DNA from: Eledone cirrhosa
Lineage: Eukaryota
Assembly: GCA_964016885.1 (NCBI GenBank)
Contig: OZ024758.1
Location: 37,572,001 to 37,636,000, forward strand
Length of the DNA: 64,000 nt
Reading direction: 5' to 3'
Positions within the stretch are counted from its first letter, which is position 1; every line of letters starts with the position of its first letter. A program made the position numbers and the translations under genes. Under the pieces are notes generated by a model. It was not told where the DNA came from. It saw only the letters and a list, made by a program, of their open reading frames with translations, and did not search any database. Of the stretch, positions 1-14,380 are shown in pieces.

Positions 1-655
1 GTGAGAATTCATTTAAGTTCATGGTATTAGCTGTCAGAAGTAACTCCACTGTTGGTGAGAATTCATTTAAGTTCATGGTACTAGCTGTCAGAAGTAACTC
101 CAATGTTGGTGAGAATTCATTTAAGTTCATGGTATTAGCTGTCAGAAGTAACTCCACTGTTGGTGAGAGTTCATTTAAGTCATGGTATTAGCTGTCAGAA
201 GTAACTCCAATGTTGGTGAGAATTCATTTAAGTTCATGGTATTAGCTGTCAGAAGGAACGCCACTGTTGGTGAGAATTCATTTAAGTTCATGGTATTAGC
301 TGTCAGAAGTAACTCCACTGTTGGTGAGAATTCATTTAAGTTCATGGTACTAGCTGTCAGAAGTAACTCCAATGTTGGTGAGAATTCATTTAAGTTCATG
401 GTATTAGCTGTCAGAAGGAACTCCACTGTTGGTGAGAATTCATTTAAGTTCATGGTATTAGCTGTCAGAAGTAACTCCACTGTTGGTGAGAATTCATTTA
501 AGTCATGGTATTAGCTGTCAGAAGTAACTCCATTGCTGGTGAGAATTCATTTAAGTCATGGTACTAGCTGTCAGAAGTAACTCCAATGTTGGTGAGAATT
601 CATTTAAGTCATGGTACTAGCTGTCAGAAGTAACTCCAATGTTGGTGAGAATTCA

Positions 656-3600
656 TTTAAGTTCATGGTATTAGCTGTCAGAAGGAACTCCACTGTTGGT
701 GAGAATTCATTTAAGTTCATGGTATTAGCTGTCAGAAGTAACTCCACTGTTGGTGAGAATTCATTTAAGTTCATGGTATTAGCTGTCAGAAGTAACTCCA
801 CTGTTGGTGAGAATTCATTTAAGTTCATGGTACTAGCTGTCAGAAGTAACTCCAATGTTGGTGAGAATTCATTTAAGTTCATGGTATTAGCTGTCAGAAG
901 TAACTCCACTGTTGGTGAGAATTCATTTAAGTCATGGTATTAGCTGTCAGAAGTAACTCCAATGTTGGTGAGAATTCATTTAAGTTCATGGTATTAGCTG
1001 TCAGAAGTAACTCCACTGTTGGTGAGAATTCATTTAAGTTCATGGTATTAGCTGTCAGAAGTAACTCCACTGTTGGTGAGAATTCATTTAAGTTCATGGT
1101 ACTAGCTGTCAGAAGTAACTCCACTGTTGGTGAGAATTCATTTAAGTTTATGCTATTAGTTTGTCAGAAGTAACTCCACTGTTGGTGAGAATTCATTTAA
1201 GTCATGGTATTAGTTGTCAGAAGTAACTCCAATGTTGGTGAGAATTCATTTAAGTTCATGGTACTAGCTGTCAGAAGTAAATCCACTGTTGGTGAGAATT
1301 CATTTAAGTTCATTGTATTAGCTGTCAGAAGTAACTCCACTGTTGGTGAGAATTCATTTAAGTCATGGTATTAGCTGTCAGAAGTAACTCCACTGTTGGT
1401 GAGAATTCATTTAAGTTCATGGTACTAGCTGTCGGAAGTCACTCCACTGTTGGTGAGAATACATTTAAGTTCATGGTATTAGCTGTCAGAAGTCACTCCA
1501 ATGTTGGTGAGAATTCATTTAAGTTCATGGTATTAGCTGTCAGAAGTAACTCCACTGTTGGTGAGAATTCATTTAAGTTCATGGTATTAGCTGTCAGAAG
1601 TAACTCCACTGTTGGTGAGAATTCATTTAAGTTCATGGTATTAGCTGTCAGAAGTAACTCCATTGTTGGTGAGAATTCATTTAAGTCATGGTACTAGCTG
1701 TCAGAAGTAACTCCAATGTTGGTGAGAATTCATTTAAGTCATGGTACTAGCTGTCAGAAGTAACTCCAATGTTGGTGAGAATTCATTTAAGTTCATGGTA
1801 TTAGCTGTCAGAAGTAACTCCACTGTTGGTGAGAATTCATTTAAGTTCATGGTATTAGCTGTCAGAAGGAACTCCAATGTTGGTGAGAATTCATTTAAGT
1901 CATGGTACTAGCTGTCAGAAGTAACTCCACTGTCGGTGAGAATTCATTTAAGTTCATGGTATTAGCTGTCAGAAGGAACGCCACTGTTGGTGAGAATTCA
2001 TTTAAGTTCATGGTATTAGCTGTCAGAAGTAACTCCACTGTTGGTGAGAATTCATTTAAGTTCATGGTATTAGCTGTCAGAAGTAACTCCACTGTTGGTG
2101 AGAATTCATTTAAGTTCATGGTATTAGCTGTCAGAAGTCACTCCAATGTTGGTGAGAATTCATTTAAGTTCATGGTATTAGCTGTCAGAAGTCACTCCAC
2201 TGTTGGTGAGAATTCATTTAAGTTCATGGTACTAGCTGTCCGAAGTAACCCCAATGTTGGTGAGAATTCATTTAAGTTCATGGTATTAGCTGTCAGAAGT
2301 CACTCCAATGTTGGTGAGAATTCATTTAAGTTCATGGTATTAGCTGTCAGAAGTAACTCCACTGTTGGTGAGAATTCATTTAAGTTCATGGTATTAGCTG
2401 TCAGAAGTAACTCCACTGTTGGTGAGAATTCATTTAAGTTCATGGTATTAGCTGTCAGAAGGAACTCCACTGTTGGTGAGAATTCATTTAAGTTCATGGT
2501 ACTAGCTGTCAGAAGTAACTCCACTGTTGGTGAGAATTCATTTAAGATCATGGTATTAGTTTGTCAGAAGTAACTCCACTGTTGGTGAGAATTCATTTAA
2601 GTCATGGTATTAGTTGTCAGAAGTAACTCCAATGTTGGTGAGAATTCATTTAAGCCATGGTACTAGCTGTCAGAAGTAACTCCAATGTTGGTGAGAATTC
2701 ATTTAAGTTCATGGTATTAGCTGTCAGAACGAACTCCACTGTTGGTGAGAATTCATTTAAGTTCATGGTATTAGCTGTCAGAAGTAACTCCACTGTTGGT
2801 GAGAATTCATTTAAGTTCAGGGTACTAGCTGTCAGAAGTAACTCCAATGTTGGTGAGAATTCGTTTAAGTTCATGGTATTAGCTGTCAGAAGGAACTCCA
2901 CTGTTGGTGAGAATTCATTTAAGTTCATGGTATTAGCTGTCAGAAGTAACTCCACTGTTGGTGAGAATTCATTTAAGTCATGTTATTAGCTGTCAGAAGT
3001 AACTCCATTGTTGGTGAGAATTCATTTAAGTCATGGTACTAGCTGTCAGAAGTAACTCCAATGTTGGTGAGAATTCATTTAAGTCATGGTACTAGCTGTC
3101 AGAAGTAACTCCAATGTTGGTGAGAATTCATTTAAGTTCATGGTATTAGCTGTCAGAAGGAACTCCACTGTTGGTGAGAATTCATTTAAGTTCATGGTAT
3201 TAGCTGTCAGAAGTAACACCACTGTTGGTGAGAATTCATTTAAGTTCATGGTACTAGCTGTCAGAAGTAACTCCAATGTTGGTGAGAATTCATTTAAGTT
3301 CATGGTATTAGCTGTCAGAAGTAACTCCACTGTTGGTGAGAATTCATTTAAGTCATGGTATTAGCTGTCAGAAGTAACTCCAATGTTGGTGAGAATTCAT
3401 TTAAGTTCATGGTATTAGCTGTCAGAAGTAACTCCACTGTTGGTGAGAATTCATTTAAGTTCATGGTATTAGCTGTCAGAAGTAACTCCACTGTTGGTGA
3501 GAATTCATTTAAGTTCATGGTACTAGCTGTCAGAAGTAACTCCAATGTTGGTGAGAATTCATTTAAGCCATGGTACTAGCTGTCAGAAGTAACTCCAATG

Positions 3601-6600
3601 TTGGTGAGAATTCATTTAAGTTCATGGTATTAGCTGTCAGAACGAACTCCACTGTTGGTGAGAATTCATTTAAGTTCATGGTATTAGCTGTCAGAAGTAA
3701 CTCCACTGTTGGTGAGAATTCATTTAAGTTCAGGGTACTAGCTGTCAGAAGTAACTCCAATGTTGGTGAGAATTCGTTTAAGTTCATGGTATTAGCTGTC
3801 AGAAGGAACTCCACTGTTGGTGAGAATTCATTTAAGTTCATGGTATTAGCTGTCAGAAGTAACTCCACTGTTGGTGAGAATTCATTTAAGTCATGTTATT
3901 AGCTGTCAGAAGTAACTCCATTGTTGGTGAGAATTCATTTAAGTCATGGTACTAGCTGTCAGAAGTAACTCCAATGTTGGTGAGAATTCATTTAAGTCAT
4001 GGTACTAGCTGTCAGAAGTAACTCAAATGTTGGTGAGAATTCATTTAAGTTCATGGTATTAGCTGTCAGAAGGAACTCCACTGTTGGTGAGAATTCATTT
4101 AAGTTCATGGTATTAGCTGTCAGAAGTAACTCCACTGTTGGTGAGAATTCATTTAAGTTCATGGTACTAGCTGTCAGAAGTAACTCCAATGTTGGTGAGA
4201 ATTCATTTAAGTTCATGGTATTAGCTGTCAGAAGTAACTCCACTGTTGGTGAGAATTCATTTAAGTCATGGTATTAGCTGTCAGAAGTAACTCCAATGTT
4301 GGTGAGAATTCATTTAAGTTCATGGTATTAGCTGTCAGAAGTAACTCCACTGTTGGTGAGAATTCATTTAAGTTCATGGTATTAGCTGTCAGAAGTAACT
4401 CAATGTTGGTGAGAATTCATTTAAGTTCATGGTACTAGCTGTCAGAAGTAACTCCACTGTTGGTGAGAATTCATTTAAGTCATGGTATTAGCTGTCAGAA
4501 GTAACTCCAATGTTGGTGAGAATTCATTTAAGTTCATGGTATTAGCTGTCAGAAGTAACTCCACTGTTGGTGAGAATTCATTTAAGTTCATGGTACTAGC
4601 TGTCAGAAGTAACTCCAATGTTGGTGAGAATTCATTTAAGTTCATGGTATTAGCTGTCAGAAGTAACTCCACTGTTGGTGAGAATTCATTTAAGTCATGG
4701 TATTAGCTGTCAGAAGTAACTCCAATGTTGGTGAGAATTCATTTAAGTTCATGGTATTAGCTGTCAGAAGTAACTCCACTGTTGGTGAGAATTCATTTAA
4801 GTTCATGGTATTAGCTGTCAGAAGTAACTCCACTGTTGGTGAGAATTCATTTAAGTTCATGGTACTAGCTGTCAGAAGTAACTCCACTGTTGGTGAGAAT
4901 TCATTTAAGTTCATGCTATTAGTTTGTCAGAAGTAACTCCACTGTTGGTGAGAATTCATTTAAGTCATGGTATTAGTTGTCAGAAGTAACTCCAATGTTG
5001 GTGAGAATTCATTTAAGTTCATGGTACTAGCTGTCAGAAGTAAATCCACTGTTGGTGAGAATTCATTTAAGTTCATGGTATTAGCTGTCAGAAGTAACTC
5101 CACTGTTGGTGAGAATTCATTTAAGTCATGGTATTAGCTGTCAGAAGTAACTCCACTGTTGGTGAGAATTCATTTAAGTTCATGGTACTAGCTGTCGGAA
5201 GTCACTCCACTGTTGGTGAGAATACATTTAAGTTCATGGTATTAGCTGTCAGAAGTCACTCCAATGTTGGTGAGAATTCATTTAAGTTCATGGTATTAGC
5301 TGTCAGAAGTAACTCCACTGTTGGTGAGAATTCATTTAAGTTCATGGTATTAGCTGTCAGAAGTAACTCCACTGTTGGTGAGAATTCATTTAAGTTCATG
5401 GTATTAGCTGTCAGAAGTAACTCCATTGTTGGTGAGAATTCATTTAAGTCATGGTACTAGCTGTCAGAAGTAACTCCAATGTTGGTGAGAATTCATTTAA
5501 GTCATGGTACTAGCTGTCAGAAGTAACTCCAATGTTGGTGAGAATTCATTTAAGTTCATGGTATTAGCTGTCAGAAGTAACTCCACTGTTGGTGAGAATT
5601 CATTTAAGTTCATGGTATTAGCTGTCAGAAGGAACTCCAATGTTGGTGAGAATTCATTTAAGTCATGGTACTAGCTGTCAGAAGTAACTCCACTGTCGGT
5701 GAGAATTCATTTAAGTTCATGGTATTAGCTGTCAGAAGGAACGCCACTGTTGGTGAGAATTCATTTAAGTTCATGGTATTAGCTGTCAGAAGTAACTCCA
5801 CTGTTGGTGAGAATTCATTTAAGTTCATGGTATTAGCTGTCAGAAGTAACTCCACTGTTGGTGAGAATTCATTTAAGTTCATGGTATTAGCTGTCAGAAG
5901 TCACTCCAATGTTGGTGAGAATTCATTTAAGTTCATGGTATTAGCTGTCAGAAGTCACTCCACTGTTGGTGAGAATTCATTTAAGTTCATGGTACTAGCT
6001 GTCCGAAGTAACCCCAATGTTGGTGAGAATTCATTTAAGTTCATGGTATTAGCTGTCAGAAGTCACTCCAATGTTGGTGAGAATTCATTTAAGTTCATGG
6101 TATTAGCTGTCAGAAGTAACTCCACTGTTGGTGAGAATTCATTTAAGTTCATGGTATTAGCTGTCAGAAGTAACTCCACTGTTGGTGAGAATTCATTTAA
6201 GTTCATGGTATTAGCTGTCAGAAGGAACTCCACTGTTGGTGAGAATTCATTTAAGTTCATGGTACTAGCTGTCAGAAGTAACTCCACTGTTGGTGAGAAT
6301 TCATTTAAGATCATGGTATTAGTTTGTCAGAAGTAACTCCACTGTTGGTGAGAATTCATTTAAGTCATGGTATTAGTTGTCAGAAGTAACTCCAATGTTG
6401 GTGAGAATTCATTTAAGCCATGGTACTAGCTGTCAGAAGTAACTCCAATGTTGGTGAGAATTCATTTAAGTTCATGGTATTAGCTGTCAGAACGAACTCC
6501 ACTGTTGGTGAGAATTCATTTAAGTTCATGGTATTAGCTGTCAGAAGTAACTCCACTGTTGGTGAGAATTCATTTAAGTTCAGGGTACTAGCTGTCAGAA

Positions 6601-9600
6601 GTAACTCCAATGTTGGTGAGAATTCGTTTAAGTTCATGGTATTAGCTGTCAGAAGGAACTCCACTGTTGGTGAGAATTCATTTAAGTTCATGGTATTAGC
6701 TGTCAGAAGTAACTCCACTGTTGGTGAGAATTCATTTAAGTCATGTTATTAGCTGTCAGAAGTAACTCCATTGTTGGTGAGAATTCATTTAAGTCATGGT
6801 ACTAGCTGTCAGAAGTAACTCCAATGTTGGTGAGAATTCATTTAAGTCATGGTACTAGCTGTCAGAAGTAACTCCAATGTTGGTGAGAATTCATTTAAGT
6901 TCATGGTATTAGCTGTCAGAAGGAACTCCACTGTTGGTGAGAATTCATTTAAGTTCATGGTATTAGCTGTCAGAAGTAACTCCACTGTTGGTGAGAATTC
7001 ATTTAAGTTCATGGTATTAGCTGTCAGAGGTAACTCCACTGTTGGTGAGAATTCATTTAAGTTCATGGTACTAGCTGTCAGAAGTAACTCCAATGTTGGT
7101 GAGAATTCATTTAAGCCATGGTACTAGCTGTCAGAAGTAACTCCAATGTTGGTGAGAATTCATTTAAGTTCATGGTATTAGCTGTCAGAACGAACTCCAC
7201 TGTTGGTGAGAATTCATTTAAGTTCATGGTATTAGCTGTCAGAAGTAACTCCACTGTTGGTGAGAATTCATTTAAGTTCAGGGTACTAGCTGTCAGAAGT
7301 AACTCCAATGTTGGTGAGAATTCGTTTAAGTTCATGGTATTAGCTGTCAGAAGGAACTCCACTGTTGGTGAGAATTCATTTAAGTTCATGGTATTAGCTG
7401 TCAGAAGTAACTCCACTGTTGGTGAGAATTCATTTAAGTTCATGGTATTAGCTGTCAGAAGTAACTCCACTGTTGGTGAGAATTCATTTAAGTTCATGGT
7501 ACTAGCTGTCAGAAGTAACTCCAATGTTGGTGAGAATTCATTTAAGTTCATGGTATTAGCTGTCAGAAGTAACTCCACTGTTGGTGAGAATTCATTTAAG
7601 TCATGGTATTAGCTGTCAGAAGTAACTCCAATGTTGGTGAGAATTCATTTAAGTTCATGGTATTAGCTGTCAGAAGTAACTCCACTGTTGGTGAGAATTC
7701 ATTTAAGTTCATGGTATTAGCTGTCAGAAGTAACTCCACTGTTGGTGAGAATTCATTTAAGTTCATGGTACTAGCTGTCAGAAGTAACTCCACTGTTGGT
7801 GAGAATTCATTTAAGTTTATGCTATTAGTTTGTCAGAAGTAACTCCACTGTTGGTGAGAATTCATTTAAGTCATGGTATTAGTTGTCAGAAGTAACTCCA
7901 ATGTTGGTGAGAATTCATTTAAGTTCATGGTACTAGCTGTCAGAAGTAAATCCACTGTTGGTGAGAATTCATTTAAGTTCATTGTATTAGCTGTCAGAAG
8001 TAACTCCACTGTTGGTGAGAATTCATTTAAGTCATGGTATTAGCTGTCAGAAGTAACTCCACTGTTGGTGAGAATTCATTTAAGTTCATGGTACTAGCTG
8101 TCGGAAGTCACTCCACTGTTGGTGAGAATACATTTAAGTTCATGGTATTAGCTGTCAGAAGTCACTCCAATGTTGGTGAGAATTCATTTAAGTTCATGGT
8201 ATTAGCTGTCAGAAGTAACTCCACTGTTGGTGAGAATTCATTTAAGTTCATGGTATTAGCTGTCAGAAGTAACTCCACTGTTGGTGAGAATTCATTTAAG
8301 TTCATGGTATTAGCTGTCAGAAGTAACTCCATTGTTGGTGAGAATTCATTTAAGTCATGGTACTAGCTGTCAGAAGTAACTCCAATGTTGGTGAGAATTC
8401 ATTTAAGTCATGGTACTAGCTGTCAGAAGTAACTCCAATGTTGGTGAGAATTCATTTAAGTTCATGGTATTAGCTGTCAGAAGTAACTCCACTGTTGGTG
8501 AGAATTCATTTAAGTTCATGGTATTAGCTGTCAGAAGGAACTCCAATGTTGGTGAGAATTCATTTAAGTCATGGTACTAGCTGTCAGAAGTAACTCCACT
8601 GTCGGTGAGAATTCATTTAAGTTCATGGTATTAGCTGTCAGAAGGAACGCCACTGTTGGTGAGAATTCATTTAAGTTCATGGTATTAGCTGTCAGAAGTA
8701 ACTCCACTGTTGGTGAGAATTCATTTAAGTTCATGGTATTAGCTGTCAGAAGTAACTCCACTGTTGGTGAGAATTCATTTAAGTTCATGGTATTAGCTGT
8801 CAGAAGTCACTCCAATGTTGGTGAGAATTCATTTAAGTTCATGGTATTAGCTGTCAGAAGTCACTCCACTGTTGGTGAGAATTCATTTAAGTTCATGGTA
8901 CTAGCTGTCCGAAGTAACCCCAATGTTGGTGAGAATTCATTTAAGTTCATGGTATTAGCTGTCAGAAGTCACTCCAATGTTGGTGAGAATTCATTTAAGT
9001 TCATGGTATTAGCTGTCAGAAGTAACTCCACTGTTGGTGAGAATTCATTTAAGTTCATGGTATTAGCTGTCAGAAGTAACTCCACTGTTGGTGAGAATTC
9101 ATTTAAGTTCATGGTATTAGCTGTCAGAAGGAACTCCACTGTTGGTGAGAATTCATTTAAGTTCATGGTACTAGCTGTCAGAAGTAACTCCACTGTTGGT
9201 GAGAATTCATTTAAGATCATGGTATTAGTTTGTCAGAAGTAACTCCACTGTTGGTGAGAATTCATTTAAGTCATGGTATTAGTTGTCAGAAGTAACTCCA
9301 ATGTTGGTGAGAATTCATTTAAGCCATGGTACTAGCTGTCAGAAGTAACTCCAATGTTGGTGAGAATTCATTTAAGTTCATGGTATTAGCTGTCAGAACG
9401 AACTCCACTGTTGGTGAGAATTCATTTAAGTTCATGGTATTAGCTGTCAGAAGTAACTCCACTGTTGGTGAGAATTCATTTAAGTTCAGGGTACTAGCTG
9501 TCAGAAGTAACTCCAATGTTGGTGAGAATTCGTTTAAGTTCATGGTATTAGCTGTCAGAAGGAACTCCACTGTTGGTGAGAATTCATTTAAGTTCATGGT

Positions 9601-12600
9601 ATTAGCTGTCAGAAGTAACTCCACTGTTGGTGAGAATTCATTTAAGTCATGTTATTAGCTGTCAGAAGTAACTCCATTGTTGGTGAGAATTCATTTAAGT
9701 CATGGTACTAGCTGTCAGAAGTAACTCCAATGTTGGTGAGAATTCATTTAAGTCATGGTACTAGCTGTCAGAAGTAACTCCAATGTTGGTGAGAATTCAT
9801 TTAAGTTCATGGTATTAGCTGTCAGAAGGAACTCCACTGTTGGTGAGAATTCATTTAAGTTCATGGTATTAGCTGTCAGAAGTAACACCACTGTTGGTGA
9901 GAATTCATTTAAGTTCATGGTACTAGCTGTCAGAAGTAACTCCAATGTTGGTGAGAATTCATTTAAGTTCATGGTATTAGCTGTCAGAAGTAACTCCACT
10001 GTTGGTGAGAATTCATTTAAGTCATGGTATTAGCTGTCAGAAGTAACTCCAATGTTGGTGAGAATTCATTTAAGTTCATGGTATTAGCTGTCAGAAGTAA
10101 CTCCACTGTTGGTGAGAATTCATTTAAGTTCATGGTATTAGCTGTCAGAAGTAACTCCACTGTTGGTGAGAATTCATTTAAGTTCATGGTACTAGCTGTC
10201 AGAAGTAACTCCAATGTTGGTGAGAATTCATTTAAGCCATGGTACTAGCTGTCAGAAGTAACTCCAATGTTGGTGAGAATTCATTTAAGTTCATGGTATT
10301 AGCTGTCAGAACGAACTCCACTGTTGGTGAGAATTCATTTAAGTTCATGGTATTAGCTGTCAGAAGTAACTCCACTGTTGGTGAGAATTCATTTAAGTTC
10401 AGGGTACTAGCTGTCAGAAGTAACTCCAATGTTGGTGAGAATTCGTTTAAGTTCATGGTATTAGCTGTCAGAAGGAACTCCACTGTTGGTGAGAATTCAT
10501 TTAAGTTCATGGTATTAGCTGTCAGAAGTAACTCCACTGTTGGTGAGAATTCATTTAAGTCATGTTATTAGCTGTCAGAAGTAACTCCATTGTTGGTGAG
10601 AATTCATTTAAGTCATGGTACTAGCTGTCAGAAGTAACTCCAATGTTGGTGAGAATTCATTTAAGTCATGGTACTAGCTGTCAGAAGTAACTCAAATGTT
10701 GGTGAGAATTCATTTAAGTTCATGGTATTAGCTGTCAGAAGGAACTCCACTGTTGGTGAGAATTCATTTAAGTTCATGGTATTAGCTGTCAGAAGTAACT
10801 CCACTGTTGGTGAGAATTCATTTAAGTTCATGGTACTAGCTGTCAGAAGTAACTCCAATGTTGGTGAGAATTCATTTAAGTTCATGGTATTAGCTGTCAG
10901 AAGTAACTCCACTGTTGGTGAGAATTCATTTAAGTCATGGTATTAGCTGTCAGAAGTAACTCCAATGTTGGTGAGAATTCATTTAAGTTCATGGTATTAG
11001 CTGTCAGAAGTAACTCCACTGTTGGTGAGAATTCATTTAAGTTCATGGTATTAGCTGTCAGAAGTAACTCAATGTTGGTGAGAATTCATTTAAGTTCATG
11101 GTACTAGCTGTCAGAAGTAACTCCACTGTTGGTGAGAATTCATTTAAGTCATGGTATTAGCTGTCAGAAGTAACTCCAATGTTGGTGAGAATTCATTTAA
11201 GTTCATGGTATTAGCTGTCAGAAGTAACTCCACTGTTGGTGAGAATTCATTTAAGTTCATGGTACTAGCTGTCAGAAGTAACTCCAATGTTGGTGAGAAT
11301 TCATTTAAGTTCATGGTATTAGCTGTCAGAAGTAACTCCACTGTTGGTGAGAATTCATTTAAGTCATGGTATTAGCTGTCAGAAGTAACTCCAATGTTGG
11401 TGAGAATTCATTTAAGTTCATGGTATTAGCTGTCAGAAGTAACTCCACTGTTGGTGAGAATTCATTTAAGTTCATGGTATTAGCTGTCAGAAGTAACTCC
11501 ACTGTTGGTGAGAATTCATTTAAGTTCATGGTACTAGCTGTCAGAAGTAACTCCACTGTTGGTGAGAATTCATTTAAGTTCATGCTATTAGTTTGTCAGA
11601 AGTAACTCCACTGTTGGTGAGAATTCATTTAAGTCATGGTATTAGTTGTCAGAAGTAACTCCAATGTTGGTGAGAATTCATTTAAGTTCATGGTACTAGC
11701 TGTCAGAAGTAAATCCACTGTTGGTGAGAATTCATTTAAGTTCATGGTATTAGCTGTCAGAAGTAACTCCACTGTTGGTGAGAATTCATTTAAGTCATGG
11801 TATTAGCTGTCAGAAGTAACTCCACTGTTGGTGAGAATTCATTTAAGTTCATGGTACTAGCTGTCGGAAGTCACTCCACTGTTGGTGAGAATACATTTAA
11901 GTTCATGGTATTAGCTGTCAGAAGTCACTCCAATGTTGGTGAGAATTCATTTAAGTTCATGGTATTAGCTGTCAGAAGTAACTCCACTGTTGGTGAGAAT
12001 TCATTTAAGTTCATGGTATTAGCTGTCAGAAGTAACTCCACTGTTGGTGAGAATTCATTTAAGTTCATGGTATTAGCTGTCAGAAGTAACTCCATTGTTG
12101 GTGAGAATTCATTTAAGTCATGGTACTAGCTGTCAGAAGTAACTCCAATGTTGGTGAGAATTCATTTAAGTCATGGTACTAGCTGTCAGAAGTAACTCCA
12201 ATGTTGGTGAGAATTCATTTAAGTTCATGGTATTAGCTGTCAGAAGTAACTCCACTGTTGGTGAGAATTCATTTAAGTTCATGGTATTAGCTGTCAGAAG
12301 GAACTCCAATGTTGGTGAGAATTCATTTAAGTCATGGTACTAGCTGTCAGAAGTAACTCCACTGTCGGTGAGAATTCATTTAAGTTCATGGTATTAGCTG
12401 TCAGAAGGAACGCCACTGTTGGTGAGAATTCATTTAAGTTCATGGTATTAGCTGTCAGAAGTAACTCCACTGTTGGTGAGAATTCATTTAAGTTCATGGT
12501 ATTAGCTGTCAGAAGTAACTCCACTGTTGGTGAGAATTCATTTAAGTTCATGGTATTAGCTGTCAGAAGTCACTCCAATGTTGGTGAGAATTCATTTAAG

Positions 12601-14098
12601 TTCATGGTATTAGCTGTCAGAAGTCACTCCACTGTTGGTGAGAATTCATTTAAGTTCATGGTACTAGCTGTCCGAAGTAACCCCAATGTTGGTGAGAATT
12701 CATTTAAGTTCATGGTATTAGCTGTCAGAAGTCACTCCAATGTTGGTGAGAATTCATTTAAGTTCATGGTATTAGCTGTCAGAAGTAACTCCACTGTTGG
12801 TGAGAATTCATTTAAGTTCATGGTATTAGCTGTCAGAAGTAACTCCACTGTTGGTGAGAATTCATTTAAGTTCATGGTATTAGCTGTCAGAAGGAACTCC
12901 ACTGTTGGTGAGAATTCATTTAAGTTCATGGTACTAGCTGTCAGAAGTAACTCCATTGTTGGTGAGAATTCATTTAAGATCATGGTATTAGTTTGTCAGA
13001 AGTAACTCCACTGTTGGTGAGAATTCATTTAAGTCATGGTATTAGTTGTCAGAAGTAACTCCAATGTTGGTGAGAATTCATTTAAGCCATGGTACTAGCT
13101 GTCAGAAGTAACTCCAATGTTGGTGAGAATTCATTTAAGTTCATGGTATTAGCTGTCAGAACGAACTCCACTGTTGGTGAGAATTCATTTAAGTTCATGG
13201 TATTAGCTGTCAGAAGTAACTCCACTGTTGGTGAGAATTCATTTAAGTTCAGGGTACTAGCTGTCAGAAGTAACTCCAATGTTGGTGAGAATTCGTTTAA
13301 GTTCATGGTATTAGCTGTCAGAAGGAACTCCACTGTTGGTGAGAATTCATTTAAGTTCATGGTATTAGCTGTCAGAAGTAACTCCACTGTTGGTGAGAAT
13401 TCATTTAAGTCATGTTATTAGCTGTCAGAAGTAACTCCATTGTTGGTGAGAATTCATTTAAGTCATGGTACTAGCTGTCAGAAGTAACTCCAATGTTGGT
13501 GAGAATTCATTTAAGTCATGGTACTAGCTGTCAGAAGTAACTCCAATGTTGGTGAGAATTCATTTAAGTTCATGGTATTAGCTGTCAGAAGGAACTCCAC
13601 TGTTGGTGAGAATTCATTTAAGTTCATGGTATTAGCTGTCAGAAGTAACTCCACTGTTGGTGAGAATTCATTTAAGTTCATGGTATTAGCTGTCAGAGGT
13701 AACTCCACTGTTGGTGAGAATTCATTTAAGTTCATGGTACTAGCTGTCAGAAGTAACTCCAATGTTGGTGAGAATTCATTTAAGCCATGGTACTAGCTGT
13801 CAGAAGTAACTCCAATGTTGGTGAGAATTCATTTAAGTTCATGGTATTAGCTGTCAGAACGAACTCCACTGTTGGTGAGAATTCATTTAAGTTCATGGTA
13901 TTAGCTGTCAGAAGTAACTCCACTGTTGGTGAGAATTCATTTAAGTTCAGGGTACTAGCTGTCAGAAGTAACTCCAATGTTGGTGAGAATTCGTTTAAGT
14001 TCATGGTATTAGCTGTCAGAAGGAACTCCACTGTTGGTGAGAATTCATTTAAGTTCATGGTATTAGCTGTCAGAAGTAACTCCACTGTTGGTGAGAAT
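656..14098 (+). repeat. Near-perfect tandem duplication, period 6669 bp (124 monomers = 70-mer + 54-mer)
   Basis: Private variants pair at exactly +6669: cattgtatt 1311/7980, agtaacacc 3212/9881, actcaaatg 4021/10690, the 1-bp C deletion at about 4400/11069, and agaggtaac at about 7027/13696. One visible mismatch (ccact at about 6287 vs ccatt at about 12956). Confidence 0.92.
2620..4400 (+). repeat. Nested tandem duplication, period 913 bp (17 monomers); repeated again at about 9290-11070
   Basis: The aagccatgg, agaacgaac, ttcagggta, ttcgttt, catgttatt markers recur at 2657/3570 and 9326/10239. Confidence 0.88.
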
Positions 14099-14380
14099 CC
14101 ATTTAAGTCATGTTATTAGCTGTCAGAAGTAACTCCATTGTTGGTGAGAATTCATTTAAGTCATGGTACTAGCTGTCAGAAGTAACTCCAATGTTGGTGA
14201 GAATTCATTTAAGTCATGGTACTAGCTGTCAGAAGTAACTCCAATGTTGGTGAGAATTCATTTAAGTTCATGGTATTAGCTGTCAGAAGGAACTCCACTG
14301 TTGGTGAGAATTCATTTAAGTTCATGGTATTAGCTGTCAGAAGTAACTCCACTGTTGGTGAGAATTCATTTAAGTTCATG
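13080..14380 (+). repeat. Nested tandem duplication, period 698 bp (13 monomers); a truncated form occurs at 6413-7430
   Basis: The same aagccatgg cassette occurs at 13089/13787 and 6420/7118. Confidence 0.85.
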
